A DNA stretch of 61,312 bases, counting the filler. It is 6 parts of 6 records of this genome, joined end to end, with 100 filler letters (N's around TTAATTAATTAA, not from the genome) between each part and the next. Parts side by side here need not be neighbours in the genome. Positions count along the whole stretch, not along the records: positions 15,447 to 25,603 come from DRR723986_693; positions 25,704 to 41,107 come from DRR723986_703; 4 more parts are not named here. One strand, written 5' to 3'. Shown here piece by piece: positions 17,710 through 27,491 of the stretch. The position numbers and the translations under genes are program-made. Below the pieces are notes generated by a model. That model searched no databases and was not told the DNA's origin. It saw only the letters and a program-made list of their open reading frames with translations. The first letter of the stretch is position 1. Every line of letters begins with the position of its first letter.

Positions 17710-19797
17710 TTACTTTTCGGTAAACTTCAGCTCGATCCGGCGGTTCTGCGCCCGTGCCTCTTCGCTGTCGCCAGACGCGACCGGCTGATACTGACCAAAG
17801 CCATTGGCGGCCAACCGATCCGGCGCAATGCCCAAGGCCGAGATCATGTATTTGACCACCGACAAAGCCCGCGCCTGGCTCAATTCCCAATTGTCCGCAA
17901 ATTCGCCCAGCCCCGACAAGGGCACGTTGTCCGTGTGCCCGTCCACGCGGATCACCCAGTCAATTTCAGGCGGAATATCGTCCGCAACCGATTGCAATAT
18001 CCGCGCCACTTTTGCGATCTCGGCTTGCCCGTCGTCGGACAAAATCGCGCCGCCGGGCGGGAACAAAACCTCGGAGGAGAACACAAACCGGTCCCCTTCG
18101 ATCCGAACCCCGTCCTGATTGCCCAGCACATCGCGCAGACGCCCGAAAAACTCGGACCGGTACTGCTCAAGATCTTTGGCTTTTTCTTCAAGCCGCGCCC
18201 GCTCTGCCGCTTCTAGGGCAGCACGGCGGCTTTCTTCTGCGGCCACCCGGGCCAGGGCGGTGTTCAAATCTGAACCCAGCGATTCCAGTTGCAAGGTCTT
18301 TGCAGAATCGCGCAATTCAGCGTCATCCAGCAAGGCACGCAGATCGCCAAGCTGTGTGCGCAAGGCCGCAACCTGTTGATTTAACAGCTCCGTCTGGCGT
18401 TGCGCCTCGCTGCTGATCTGTTTTTCTTCTGCCAGGGCTGCCTGCGCCGCACTGACCAAGGCCGCCTGTTTCTGCGCATCGGTGCTGTTGTCCTCGGCCA
18501 AGGTCTGCGCCGCGATCTTGGCCGCCAAAGCCTCGGCCAATTGCGCGCGAAGCGCCGCGCGGTCGGTCTCAAGAACCGTTTGATTGTCGTCCAACGCCTG
18601 TTCCAACACAGCGATATCCAGCCGCGCCTGCGCCAGTTCATCCCGCAGCGCATCGCGTTCGGCGCTCAAACGGGCGCGACTGGTTTCAAGGTCTTGTTCC
18701 AACTGTGCAATCTGCCCCTGCGCGGTCGCAAGATCCGCCCGCAACGCGTCTCCTTCGGCAGTGAGCAACTGCGCGGTATCCGCCCCTGCGGTCCGCGCCC
18801 GATCCAATTCGGCCCGCAGAACGGTCAATTCCCCCTGAAGCCGGCCGACCTCTGCCTGCGCATCCGCGCCAACCTTTGCCGCAGTTTCCGCCGCTTGCAG
18901 ACTGATCAACGCCTTGATCAACTGATCATCAAGATCTGATTGCGACGCCCGTGCCGCCGCCAGCAATGTCAGCGTTTCTTCCGCTTCTTTGCGTTTGGCC
19001 TCCAGCGCCAGCGTCATCGCCGTCAGTTCTGCATCAGCATCCTGCAACTTGGCCCTCAATGCCTCCGCTGCCGCAGCTTCGGCCAATTTTGCGGCCTCTT
19101 CATCGGACAAGGCTTGGGTCGTTTCCGAAATTTGCCCTTGCAGCGCAGCCACTTGATCCTGTGCCTCCGCATTTCGGGCCCTCAGATCTGCGACCAACGC
19201 ATCGAGTGCCTCACGCCGCGCGGCGGCGAGACGGGCGGCCTCTTGCTGGGCATCAATTTCGCTGCGGCTGGCAGCCAAAGCGAGGTTCAGTGCCTCTTGT
19301 TCGTCGATCAAAACCTCTTGTTGGTCCAACAGTTCTGACTGGCGTTCCTCCAACGCACCGATCTGCGCCAATGCGCCGTCGCGCTCCGCCAAAAGCGCAG
19401 CCACCTGCGCCTCGAAACCAGTGATCCTGCTCTGCGCCGCGCGCAGGTTTGCCGCCTGCTGATCCCTTTCCGATGTCAACGCGGCGATCAACGCCGATTG
19501 CTCGGTCAACTCGCCCTGCGCATCGCGCAATGATGCGTTGAGAGCCCCAAGACGCGCTTCCAATTGCGCATTTGACCGCTCTTCCAGCCCCAGGGCCTGC
19601 GCCAATGCGGCCACTTCGCCCGACAGTGCATCCAATTCCGTTTCTTGTCCGGTGATCCGTTCCGTCAGCACGAACTGCACGATCATGAAAATTGTCAGAA
19701 CAAACATCAGGACCAGCAAAAGACCGGTCATCGCGTCCACAAATCCCGGCCAGATCGACCCCTGAAACCGCGCACCTGTCCTGCGGGACAATGCCAT
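17710..19797 (-). CDS. MotB/OmpA-family peptidoglycan-binding protein with long coiled coil
   Basis: N-terminal TM WPGFVDAM (conserved Asp), ~500-aa heptad region, OmpA domain (GHTD, NWELSQARA, NRRIE). Confidence 0.9.
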   Translation of the reverse strand: MALSRRTGARFQGSIWPGFVDAMTGLLLVLMFVLTIFMIVQFVLTERITGQETELDALSGEVAALAQALGLEERSNAQLEARLGALNASLRDAQGELTEQSALIAALTSERDQQAANLRAAQSRITGFEAQVAALLAERDGALAQIGALEERQSELLDQQEVLIDEQEALNLALAASRSEIDAQQEAARLAAARREALDALVADLRARNAEAQDQVAALQGQISETTQALSDEEAAKLAEAAAAEALRAKLQDADAELTAMTLALEAKRKEAEETLTLLAAARASQSDLDDQLIKALISLQAAETAAKVGADAQAEVGRLQGELTVLRAELDRARTAGADTAQLLTAEGDALRADLATAQGQIAQLEQDLETSRARLSAERDALRDELAQARLDIAVLEQALDDNQTVLETDRAALRAQLAEALAAKIAAQTLAEDNSTDAQKQAALVSAAQAALAEEKQISSEAQRQTELLNQQVAALRTQLGDLRALLDDAELRDSAKTLQLESLGSDLNTALARVAAEESRRAALEAAERARLEEKAKDLEQYRSEFFGRLRDVLGNQDGVRIEGDRFVFSSEVLFPPGGAILSDDGQAEIAKVARILQSVADDIPPEIDWVIRVDGHTDNVPLSGLGEFADNWELSQARALSVVKYMISALGIAPDRLAANGFGQYQPVASGDSEEARAQNRRIELKFTEK

Positions 19798-19799
19798 GG

Positions 19800-21005
19800 C
19801 TAGCGCGTCCCGCCGCCGGGTTGGTCATTGGGGCGTTGCCTGCGCGGCTCCGTATTGCGGCGCGGCAACGACAAGGCTTTGGCCAACAGAGAAATATCAT
19901 GGCGCAGCTCGGCCATGGTTTCCTGCCGACCTGCGGAAATCTCTTCGAGAATACGCAACATCTGAACGTCTATGGATCGCAAGCGCATCCGGCTTTCGGC
20001 GTCGATCCCCTCGCCCGAACCTTGTGCCTCAAGAGTTGCGATCAAGCGTTCTTGCCCTGCTGCCACCCGTTCCAACGCAGCGCTGGCCGGGTCGGTCCCT
20101 TCCATGCGTGTGGTCATCCGGTCAACAGCATCGGCCAGTTTGCCCATCTTTTCATCGACTTGTGCGCGGCTATCGTCAGAGCGGGCGAACAATTGCTGCA
20201 ATTGCTCCATCTGTTCGGCCATGTGATCGACAACGCCGGCCATGACATGTTGCTCACCGCTCGCCTCGTCGCCAGAGGAGAAACCAACGCGGGTGATGGA
20301 ACTCAGCCAATCTTCCAGCTCTTGATAAAACCGGTTTTGACCGTGTCCCGCGAACAGCTCCAGCAGGCCAACAACCAGCGATCCGGCCAATCCCAACAGC
20401 GACGATCCAAAGGCAACACCCATACCGCCCAGCTGTGCCTCAAGCCCGGTCATCAGCCGTGAGAACACATCCACGCCGCCGTCGCCTTCGGCGGGGGCCA
20501 GACTGCGGATCGTATCAACAACAGCCGGAACCGTGGTCGCGAGGCCATAAAACGTCCCCAAAAGCCCAAGGAAAATCAGCATGTTGACGATATAGCGCGT
20601 GATCTCACGCGCCTCGTCAATTCGGGTAGCGACAGAATCAAGAATGGATCTGGTCGAGGTCGCGCTGACCTGCATCCGTGCGCCCCGCGTCCGCAAGAGC
20701 GAGGCCAGAGGGGCCAAAAGCTGCGGCGCGACGGTGTCGGGATCGGGGCTGTCAGACGCGAAATTCTCGATCCAGCGGACCGATCCCATCAACTGCACCA
20801 CCTGATAAAAGCAGGCCAGCACACCGATCAAAAAGACAAAGATGATCACGCCGTTGAGATAAGGATTGGCGGCAAAAATCGGATATACCGAAGGCAGCGC
20901 CAGCGTGGCACCAGCACCCGTCAAGATCAACACAACCAGCATCAGAGCAATCTGACGCAAGGGTTGGGAAAACTGCGGTCGTTGTTCGCGTTCTGGCTGC
21001 GACAT
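19800..21005 (-). CDS. MotA/TolQ/ExbB-like proton-channel protein
   Basis: LIFLGLLGTFYG and AFGSSLLGLAGSL TM motifs, cytoplasmic coiled-coil tail. Confidence 0.85.
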   Translation of the reverse strand: MSQPEREQRPQFSQPLRQIALMLVVLILTGAGATLALPSVYPIFAANPYLNGVIIFVFLIGVLACFYQVVQLMGSVRWIENFASDSPDPDTVAPQLLAPLASLLRTRGARMQVSATSTRSILDSVATRIDEAREITRYIVNMLIFLGLLGTFYGLATTVPAVVDTIRSLAPAEGDGGVDVFSRLMTGLEAQLGGMGVAFGSSLLGLAGSLVVGLLELFAGHGQNRFYQELEDWLSSITRVGFSSGDEASGEQHVMAGVVDHMAEQMEQLQQLFARSDDSRAQVDEKMGKLADAVDRMTTRMEGTDPASAALERVAAGQERLIATLEAQGSGEGIDAESRMRLRSIDVQMLRILEEISAGRQETMAELRHDISLLAKALSLPRRNTEPRRQRPNDQPGGGTR

Positions 21006-21078
21006 GCGGCCCTGCTCCTGACCCTTTTGCCTGCTTTAGTTGCAGTTTACACCGAAAATTGCGCCGGATGCCAAGGAA

Positions 21079-21609
21079 TTATGTTGCCAGTGTTTTGACC
21101 CGCGCATTGAGCCATTCGAGCGCCGGATCATGCAGGCCAACCTCGGCCAGATGATCGGCGGTATTGTAGAGATATTCGGTGTTTGGCCCACGCCCGCCCA
21201 CCGCATTGGCGATAATCTGCGCCTGTTCTTCAAGCGGCAAACCACCGCAATATTGCACATGCGCCTCGTCGATCACATAGACCAACGCCTCAACATCGCG
21301 GTTGTCGTTGAGGTGCACGGTCAGCGTTTTTTCCACATAAGCCGATGAAATCAATTCACGTTCACGCAGATAGGCCAATGTTTCGGCCTCCTGCCCCGGC
21401 ACCACCCGCAGTGCGATCCCCTCGCAGGCCGTGTCCGGGTGTTCATCCAGCGCCAGCACCAAACCGGGGTTTTCCTCGGTGCCGCGATGGTGGATGGAGC
21501 GCATGCAGAATGACCGCGCATAGCCCGGCAAGGTGCCGATCACACTTTCGGCGACATCGAAACCGGGGTTCCAAAGCAGACTGCCATATCCGAATACCCA
21601 CATTGCCAT
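21079..21609 (-). CDS. chaC: ChaC-like gamma-glutamylcyclotransferase
   Basis: WVFGYGSLLW, HRGT..PGLVL, YLRERE, G.N.EY. Confidence 0.92.
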   Translation of the reverse strand: MAMWVFGYGSLLWNPGFDVAESVIGTLPGYARSFCMRSIHHRGTEENPGLVLALDEHPDTACEGIALRVVPGQEAETLAYLRERELISSAYVEKTLTVHLNDNRDVEALVYVIDEAHVQYCGGLPLEEQAQIIANAVGGRGPNTEYLYNTADHLAEVGLHDPALEWLNARVKTLAT

Positions 21610-21675
21610 CGCGCTGGTCCTTTCTATTTGCCTTGGGTAAACCGCATATAGCGGTAGAGTTAAAGGGGTTTCAGC

Positions 21676-22680
21676 ATGCGCATATTGATCCGATTGCTGA
21701 TCCTTTTGGCAGTGGTTTGGAGCGGTTGGTGGTGGATGGCCGCTACGTTCATTGATCGCGGTGCAGACGGCTGGCTCGCGGCCCGCCGCGGTGAAGGCTG
21801 GCAGGCACAGGTGCAGCCAATCGCAACCAAAGGATTTCCCTCCAAGTTTCAAACCCAAATCACGGATCTGACACTCGCTGATCCCGAAACGGGCGTGGCG
21901 CTTCGACTGGACAGCGCAACAGTTTCAGCGCCCGCCTATTGGCCGGGGTATGTCACTTTGTCTTTGCCCAGCACGCCGATTGAACTGGACACAGCCGCCA
22001 CCACGCATCTGCTTCGGATGCAAAATGGCACGGCTCGGTTGCATCTTCATCCAAGGGCGTCTTTACAGCTAGACCACATGCAGACGCGCGGCGGTGCATG
22101 GCAATGGAACACCCGGCAGGGCAACGCTCTGGCCGGGGATGATTGGGTCATGCAAGTCGCGCAAGACACCGCAGTCGCCGAGAAATATCAATTTGATCTG
22201 CAAATCACCAACCTGCGTCCGGGCGATCAATTGCGGACGCTGCTTTCGGTGCCCTCCGATTGGCCACTCAGCTTCGAACATTTTTCCGCAGATCTGGCAG
22301 TGACGTTTGACCACCCATGGGATCGCCGCACCGTCGAAGACCAACGCCCCCAACCGCGCCGCATCACATTGCAAAAAGCCAAAGCAACCTGGGGGCCAGT
22401 CCGGTTGGTCGCGAATGGCGATTTGATTGTGGACGGTGTGGGCATCCCCGAAGGGGCCGCGAACCTATTGGTCGAAAACTGGACTGAATTGTTGGATCTG
22501 GCCGTGGCGGGTGGCGTCTTGCCCGCCAACATACGCCCACAAGCCCAAGCGATGCTGGGCGCCTTGGCCAATATGGGCGGTGATCCAACCCGCCTCGACC
22601 TAGGTCTGCGGTTCGCGGAAGGCGAGATGTATCTGGGGCCGATCCGCCTCGGGCCTGCGCCGCGCATTGTGCTGCGCTGA
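21676..22680 (+). CDS. DUF2125 family protein
   Basis: N-terminal TM WSGWWW, GFP, C-terminal LGPIRLGPAPR; typical position next to chaC and tyrC. Confidence 0.8.
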   Translation: MRILIRLLILLAVVWSGWWWMAATFIDRGADGWLAARRGEGWQAQVQPIATKGFPSKFQTQITDLTLADPETGVALRLDSATVSAPAYWPGYVTLSLPSTPIELDTAATTHLLRMQNGTARLHLHPRASLQLDHMQTRGGAWQWNTRQGNALAGDDWVMQVAQDTAVAEKYQFDLQITNLRPGDQLRTLLSVPSDWPLSFEHFSADLAVTFDHPWDRRTVEDQRPQPRRITLQKAKATWGPVRLVANGDLIVDGVGIPEGAANLLVENWTELLDLAVAGGVLPANIRPQAQAMLGALANMGGDPTRLDLGLRFAEGEMYLGPIRLGPAPRIVLR

Positions 22681-23457
22681 TCAGCGGCAGTAGTTGCCGC
22701 CGCGATAAATTGCCGTGTCGAAATGAAAATGATCGCGGTGATAGCGATCCGCTTGCGGGCCTAGAACTGTTTTGAACGGCCCACAGGCGCCGCGATGCAT
22801 TTTTCGCAACGCTTTCTTTGTGCCGCGATTGTTCCAGCCGTGCAGCACGGTGATTTCCGATCCATTGCGCAACCGGAACGCCGAGATATCAATCGCCCGG
22901 CCCTTGCCATGTTCCGATATCTTTGCGCCCTTTTTGTTGTTGCGGGTCCGGCAGGCGTAGTGCGCCGCCACCTTGAGGCCGGTCAAGCCGCCGCCCTTGC
23001 GGGACAATGCAGGCTTTGCCGTACGATCCAGCCACTTTTTCAGAGCGTTCGCGGTCCGGCAATCCATGACAGAGGTCTGGCTCAGCCGCACACCGGAGAC
23101 CGAGCGCACGCGCACGGCACGTTCAACCCCGCAGCCCTTGAGCTGTGCCTTGACCCGGCCAATCTCTTCGCCCTGAATGGCCAGATCGCCGCACACGGCC
23201 CCCTTCCTAAGAAGGCGCTTTTTCTGGCGGGCGTTTTTCTCAACCCGTGCGGGGCGAAACAACGGGCGCATCGAAGACGATAATCCGTTATCCAGCATGA
23301 GTTTTTCATGGCTCGCAGTCGGAGCAACCGGGCTGCCCACTGCCATTGCCGCAGGATAAACATTACCGCCGCGTTGCACCGGCCTTTTGGAATTTTCCGG
23401 TCCTTCAGCCCAACAGGCCCGTCCGATCATCACCAAAGCCAGCACAAATAGACGCAT
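22681..23457 (-). CDS. Extensin-like C-terminal domain protein
   Basis: YACR, SEHGKGRAIDI, ACGPF.TVLGP, HRDHFHFD. Confidence 0.88.
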   Translation of the reverse strand: MRLFVLALVMIGRACWAEGPENSKRPVQRGGNVYPAAMAVGSPVAPTASHEKLMLDNGLSSSMRPLFRPARVEKNARQKKRLLRKGAVCGDLAIQGEEIGRVKAQLKGCGVERAVRVRSVSGVRLSQTSVMDCRTANALKKWLDRTAKPALSRKGGGLTGLKVAAHYACRTRNNKKGAKISEHGKGRAIDISAFRLRNGSEITVLHGWNNRGTKKALRKMHRGACGPFKTVLGPQADRYHRDHFHFDTAIYRGGNYCR

Positions 23458-24380
23458 TATTTTCCCCTAGCACCGCGCCCAAAGTCCGGCGCATCCGTAT
23501 CCTGCCCCGCCTCAATAATCCCGCGCCGGATGGCACGGGTGCGGGTGAAATAGTCAAACAGGTGATCACCATCACCCTGACGGATCGCCCGTTGCAGCGC
23601 AAAAAGCTCTTCGGTAAAGCGCCCGAGGATTTCGAGGGTTGCATCTTTGTTGGTCAAAAACACATCCCTCCACATCGTCGGGTCGCTCGCTGCGATCCGG
23701 GTAAAATCCCTAAACCCAGCTGCTGAATATTTTATTACTTCGCTGTCAGTCACACGTCTCAGGTCATCGGCGACCCCTACCATCGTATAAGCAATAAGGT
23801 GCGGCGCATGAGAGGTAACCGCCAAAACCAGATCATGGTGTTCGGCGTCCATTTCATCAACGTTTGAGCCAAGGCCCTCCCAAAACCGGCGCAAATCTGC
23901 CGTGGCATCTGGGTCAGTCCCCTCAACCGGTACCAACAGGCACCAGCGGTTGTCAAAAAGTTCCGCAAACCCTGACCGTGGGCCGGAATGTTCTGTGCCC
24001 GCCAAAGGGTGCGCGGGAATGAAATGCACGTTGTCAGGCAACTCAGGGCCAATCTGCGCAATGACATCTGCCTTGACCGACCCAACATCCGTGACCGTGG
24101 CACCGGGTTTCAGCAAGGGCGCGATTTCGGCAGCAACGGCGCCCATCACCCCGACCGGCACACAAAGCACAACCAGATCGGCATCTTCAACAACTTCGGA
24201 CAGGCTATCGCACACGGTATCACACAGGCCAATCTCGCGGGCGATATCGCGGGTCTCGGCGGACCGCGCATAACCGGATACCGATCCTGCCAGCCCGCCG
24301 CGTTTCATCCCCCAGAACATCGAAGAGGCAATCAACCCAAGCCCGATCAGGGCAACCTTTTCATATACTTGCGCACTCAC
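23457..24380 (-). CDS. tyrC: Prephenate/arogenate (cyclohexadienyl) dehydrogenase
   Basis: GLGLI, DVGSVK, HPLAGTE, HD..LA.TSH.PH, AGFRDFTRIA. Confidence 0.95.
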   Translation of the reverse strand: MSAQVYEKVALIGLGLIASSMFWGMKRGGLAGSVSGYARSAETRDIAREIGLCDTVCDSLSEVVEDADLVVLCVPVGVMGAVAAEIAPLLKPGATVTDVGSVKADVIAQIGPELPDNVHFIPAHPLAGTEHSGPRSGFAELFDNRWCLLVPVEGTDPDATADLRRFWEGLGSNVDEMDAEHHDLVLAVTSHAPHLIAYTMVGVADDLRRVTDSEVIKYSAAGFRDFTRIAASDPTMWRDVFLTNKDATLEILGRFTEELFALQRAIRQGDGDHLFDYFTRTRAIRRGIIEAGQDTDAPDFGRGARGK

Positions 24381-25459
24381 CCTGTGGTTCTCCAATTCGT
24401 CAAAGCCGCGATAACACGGTCCGTTTGCTGGGCGTCACCGACGGTGATCCGCAAGCCTTCGGGAAAGCCATAACCAGGCACGCGGCGGATCAGGATGCCC
24501 GCATCCTTGAAGGCCTGATCAGCCGCATCCGCCTCTGCCGCATCTGCGCAACGTACCAGAACAAAATTGGCCGAGCTTTCATCGCAGGCCAGCCCCAGTT
24601 GCCGCACTGCGCCCGTCAGCCGCGACCGTTGCTCTGCGTTCAGATCCACGCATGTCCGAAGCCACTCGCGATCCTTTACAGCGGCCTCTGCTGCGGCGAG
24701 TTGCACACCCGACAGGTTGAAGGGCTGGCGAATGCGGCGCATCACGTCGATCATCTCTTGCGGACCATAGCCCCAACCGATGCGCAACCCGCCCAGCCCA
24801 TAGACCTTGGAAAAGGTGCGTGTCATCAAGACGTTGGGCCGTGTTTCGGCCAAGGCAGCCCCACCATCAAAGCCTTCGGCGTATTCGGTATAGGCCCCGT
24901 CGATCACCAAAATCACATCCGCAGGCAAGGCATCCGCCAGCCGCTCCAGCTCTCCTTCGGGCAAGACAGTGCCGGTCGGGTTGCCGGGGTTGGTGATCAG
25001 AACCAGACGGGTCTTATCCGTAACCGCTGCCAATACCGTATCCACATCCACAACGCGGTCCTTCTCGGGCACGCAGACCGGAGTAGCGCCTGCCATGTGG
25101 GTCAGGATCGGATACATGGAGAACCCGTGTTCGGTAAAGATGATCTCATCACCCACGCCGGCATAGGCCTGAATGACGATCTGCAAAACCTCATCAGAGC
25201 CAACACCGCAAAGGATCCGTTCGGGGTCAAGCGACCAGAGGTCCGCAATGGCCGCGCGCAATGCGGCGTGATCTGTGGGAGGATAGCGATGCAACTGCAC
25301 CGCGGCCTCTGCCACGGCCTTCATCGCCGAGGGCGGCGGGCCAAGCGGGTTTTCATTGGAGCTGAGTTTGAGCACATCATTGTGGCCGGGCAATTGGCTT
25401 GCCCCACCTTGATAAAGCGCGATCTCCATGATGCCGGGTTGCGGTTTGATCTTGGTCAT
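24377..25459 (-). CDS. hisC: Histidinol-phosphate aminotransferase
   Basis: KLSSNENP, GSDE, NPGNPTG, DGAY, RTFSKVYGLGGLRIG. Confidence 0.96.
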   Translation of the reverse strand: MTKIKPQPGIMEIALYQGGASQLPGHNDVLKLSSNENPLGPPPSAMKAVAEAAVQLHRYPPTDHAALRAAIADLWSLDPERILCGVGSDEVLQIVIQAYAGVGDEIIFTEHGFSMYPILTHMAGATPVCVPEKDRVVDVDTVLAAVTDKTRLVLITNPGNPTGTVLPEGELERLADALPADVILVIDGAYTEYAEGFDGGAALAETRPNVLMTRTFSKVYGLGGLRIGWGYGPQEMIDVMRRIRQPFNLSGVQLAAAEAAVKDREWLRTCVDLNAEQRSRLTGAVRQLGLACDESSANFVLVRCADAAEADAADQAFKDAGILIRRVPGYGFPEGLRITVGDAQQTDRVIAALTNWRTTG

Positions 25460-25519
25460 CTGCTGTCTTCCTTCCCCCATCGCGAGGGTTGTAACGGCCA
25501 TGAGAAGCTGCGGCCAGCC

Positions 25520-25556
25520 AAAACGAGAAAGGCCGCGGCGGTTTCCCGTCGCGGCC
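25520..25556 (-). terminator. Terminator upstream of hisC
   Basis: GGCCGCGACGG..CCGCCGCGGCC followed by UUUCUCGUUUU. Confidence 0.65.
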
Positions 25557-25585
25557 CTGAATTGGCTTGGAATGAATGGCGAAGA

Positions 25586-25603
25586 TTAGTTCTTCGCGTA
25601 GAA
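25586..25603 (-). CDS. rpsD: Extreme C-terminus of 30S ribosomal protein S4 (FYAKN*)
   Basis: Only 5 codons visible; matches the Rhodobacteraceae S4 ending and the usual rpsD-hisC neighbourhood as I recall it. Confidence 0.55.
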   Translation of the reverse strand, partial: FYAKN

Positions 25604-25703
25604 NNNNNNNNNNNNNNNNNNNNNNNNNNNNNNNNNNNNNNNNNNNNTTAATTAATTAANNNNNNNNNNNNNNNNNNNNNNNNNNNNNNNNNNNNNNNNN
25701 NNN
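25604..25703. other. Artificial contig spacer
   Basis: N-run with TTAATTAATTAA. Confidence 0.99.
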
Positions 25704-26471
25704 CTGCCCCTCATGCCGCGCAGAGGCCGCGCCCCTCGGCGAGAGCGGCGGCGCGGTTGGCTTTGAAATGTGGTCTGCTGGAGAGGCTTCGTTCCTGGTT
25801 GAAGTGGTTTGAGACGGAGGCGTGGACGGCGGCGAATTTCTGTAAACTTCGCATCCTACGGAAACGGAGCATCGCCCGCTCTCGTCGTCGGAAAGGTAGG
25901 TGTGAATTTTCCGCCCGGTTGTTCAGCCAGCGGCCGGTTTCTTGGCGATCAGCCGCTCCAATTTCCTTCAGGGCGGCGCCGTAAGACCGAAGCCGATCCG
26001 TGACGATAACCTTGGGTTGTCCGTGCTTGCGCATTGCTTTTCTTAAGAATTTCAGCGCAGCTTTCTTGTCTCGTGTCTTCGTGACATAACTTTCCAGTAC
26101 CTCACCCTCGTGATCTACGGCCCGCCAGAGGTAATGCCGTTGGCCGTTGATCTTGACGAAAACCTCATCCAGATGCCAGCGCCACTGGCTGGATTTCATA
26201 CCTTCGATCCTGCGTTTTCGGATCTCGTTCGCGAACATCGGCCCGAACCGGTGCCACCAGAATCGGACGATTTCGTGGCTTACGTCCACGCCACGCTCGT
26301 GAAGCAAATCCTCGACATTCCGCAGCGAAAGCGGAACCGCACATAGAGCATTACGGCCAAGCGGATGATTTCGGGGCTCGTTTTGAACCACTTGAAAGGA
26401 CTGGGTTTCGTCATGAACGAACGCTACCGGCCGGCCGCTGCGGGCTCAAGGCAAGTTATTCTGACAGAGCC
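25704..26471 (-). mobile_element. IS6-family insertion sequence (other end beyond the contig edge)
   Basis: DDE transposase plus terminal sequence GGCTCTGTCAGAAT on the minus strand ending at 26471. Confidence 0.88.
25711..26414 (-). pseudogene. IS6 transposase with 1-bp deletion frameshift near codon 27
   Basis: MTKPSPFKWFKTSPEIIRLAVMLYVRF continues as PLSLRNVEDLL only after a frameshift; span of 704 nt is not a multiple of 3; WHLDE, YLWRAVD, TD, LNNRAENSH. Confidence 0.85.
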
Positions 26472-26558
26472 GTAATCTTTCTAACAAAACCAGCCAAGTT
26501 GTTCTGACAACGCCCTTTTGCAGAGCCTTGACATGTATCGGTCCAAGCTGCACTCTAG

Positions 26559-26589
26559 TTTGAACATTGTGTTCATTATTGAACTCTTG
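26559..26589 (+). promoter_or_regulatory. Putative IclR operator 1
   Basis: TTTGAACATTGTGTTCATTATTGAACTCTTG; 25/31 identical to 34214-34244; TTGACA at 26528. Confidence 0.75.
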
Positions 26590-26611
26590 AAGCTATCAGG
26601 CGACGGGAACG

Positions 26612-27490
26612 ATGCAAGAAACCGACACAGGATGCGTGAATGCTGCCGCGGAGTCCGGGCCAACGCCCGGGGTTTCGGCAGACATCACGTTTATTGCGCG
26701 GCCCGGGCCCGGACCTGTGGTCGTGTTCCTGCACGGTATCGGCTCGAACGCCACATCCTTCGCATCGATTTTCGAGCTTCTGCCGCCAAGGTTCAGCCTG
26801 ATTGCATGGAATGCACCGGGCTATTCAGGCTCTGCGCCTATGGCCATGGATTGGCCACTGCCGAACGACTACGCGGACAGGCTGGTTCAGATGCTGGACG
26901 GGCTTGACCTTGGGCCGGTGCATATTGTCGGGCACTCGCTCGGCACACTGATTGCCGCAGCCTTTGCGCGTCGTTCCCCTGACCGGCTGCTCAGCCTGAC
27001 GCTGGCCGCTGCCGCCAATGGCTACGGGGTGCCGCGCGGCGGGGTGCTGCCCGAAGGGGTGGGCAACCGGCTGACGGAACTGTCACGCCTGGGCCCGGCG
27101 GCCTTTGCCCATGCCCGCGCGGGCAATCTCGTGCATGAGCCTGCTTTGCATCCCGACATCGTGGCGCGGGTAGAGGCCGCAATGGCGCAAGTGAACCCGG
27201 ACGGCTACGCGCAGGCGGTCAGGATGCTGGCCTCTGGCGATCTGCCCGGCGATCTTGCCCGGGTTGCCGCGCGCCCCGGATTCATTGTCGGCATGCAGGA
27301 CCGGGTGACGCCGATTGCGCAGACACGCGCCGCGGCAAGGGCCTGGGAAGTGGCCCAGGGCATCCGGCCGACCATAACCGAAATCGACCAGGCGGGCCAT
27401 GCGGTCTACCTTCAGCGGCCCGGCGCGTTCTGTTCCGCGCTGTTGGATCATATGGGTCTTGCAACCGCCAGCAAGCCCGAGGGAACTTGA
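26612..27490 (+). CDS. Alpha/beta fold hydrolase
   Basis: FLHGIG, PGY, GHSLG nucleophile elbow, D.VTP, AGH. Confidence 0.92.
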   Translation: MQETDTGCVNAAAESGPTPGVSADITFIARPGPGPVVVFLHGIGSNATSFASIFELLPPRFSLIAWNAPGYSGSAPMAMDWPLPNDYADRLVQMLDGLDLGPVHIVGHSLGTLIAAAFARRSPDRLLSLTLAAAANGYGVPRGGVLPEGVGNRLTELSRLGPAAFAHARAGNLVHEPALHPDIVARVEAAMAQVNPDGYAQAVRMLASGDLPGDLARVAARPGFIVGMQDRVTPIAQTRAAARAWEVAQGIRPTITEIDQAGHAVYLQRPGAFCSALLDHMGLATASKPEGT

Positions 27491-27491
27491 G

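Noticed and set aside
17710-21005. Zorya anti-phage system
   Set aside because: No zorC/D/E, core-genome context, and the long stalk is on the B subunit rather than the A subunit
26559-26589. LexA box (GAAC/GTTC elements)
   Set aside because: Alphaproteobacterial LexA needs direct repeats spaced N7; these are inverted repeats with N5/N6 spacing
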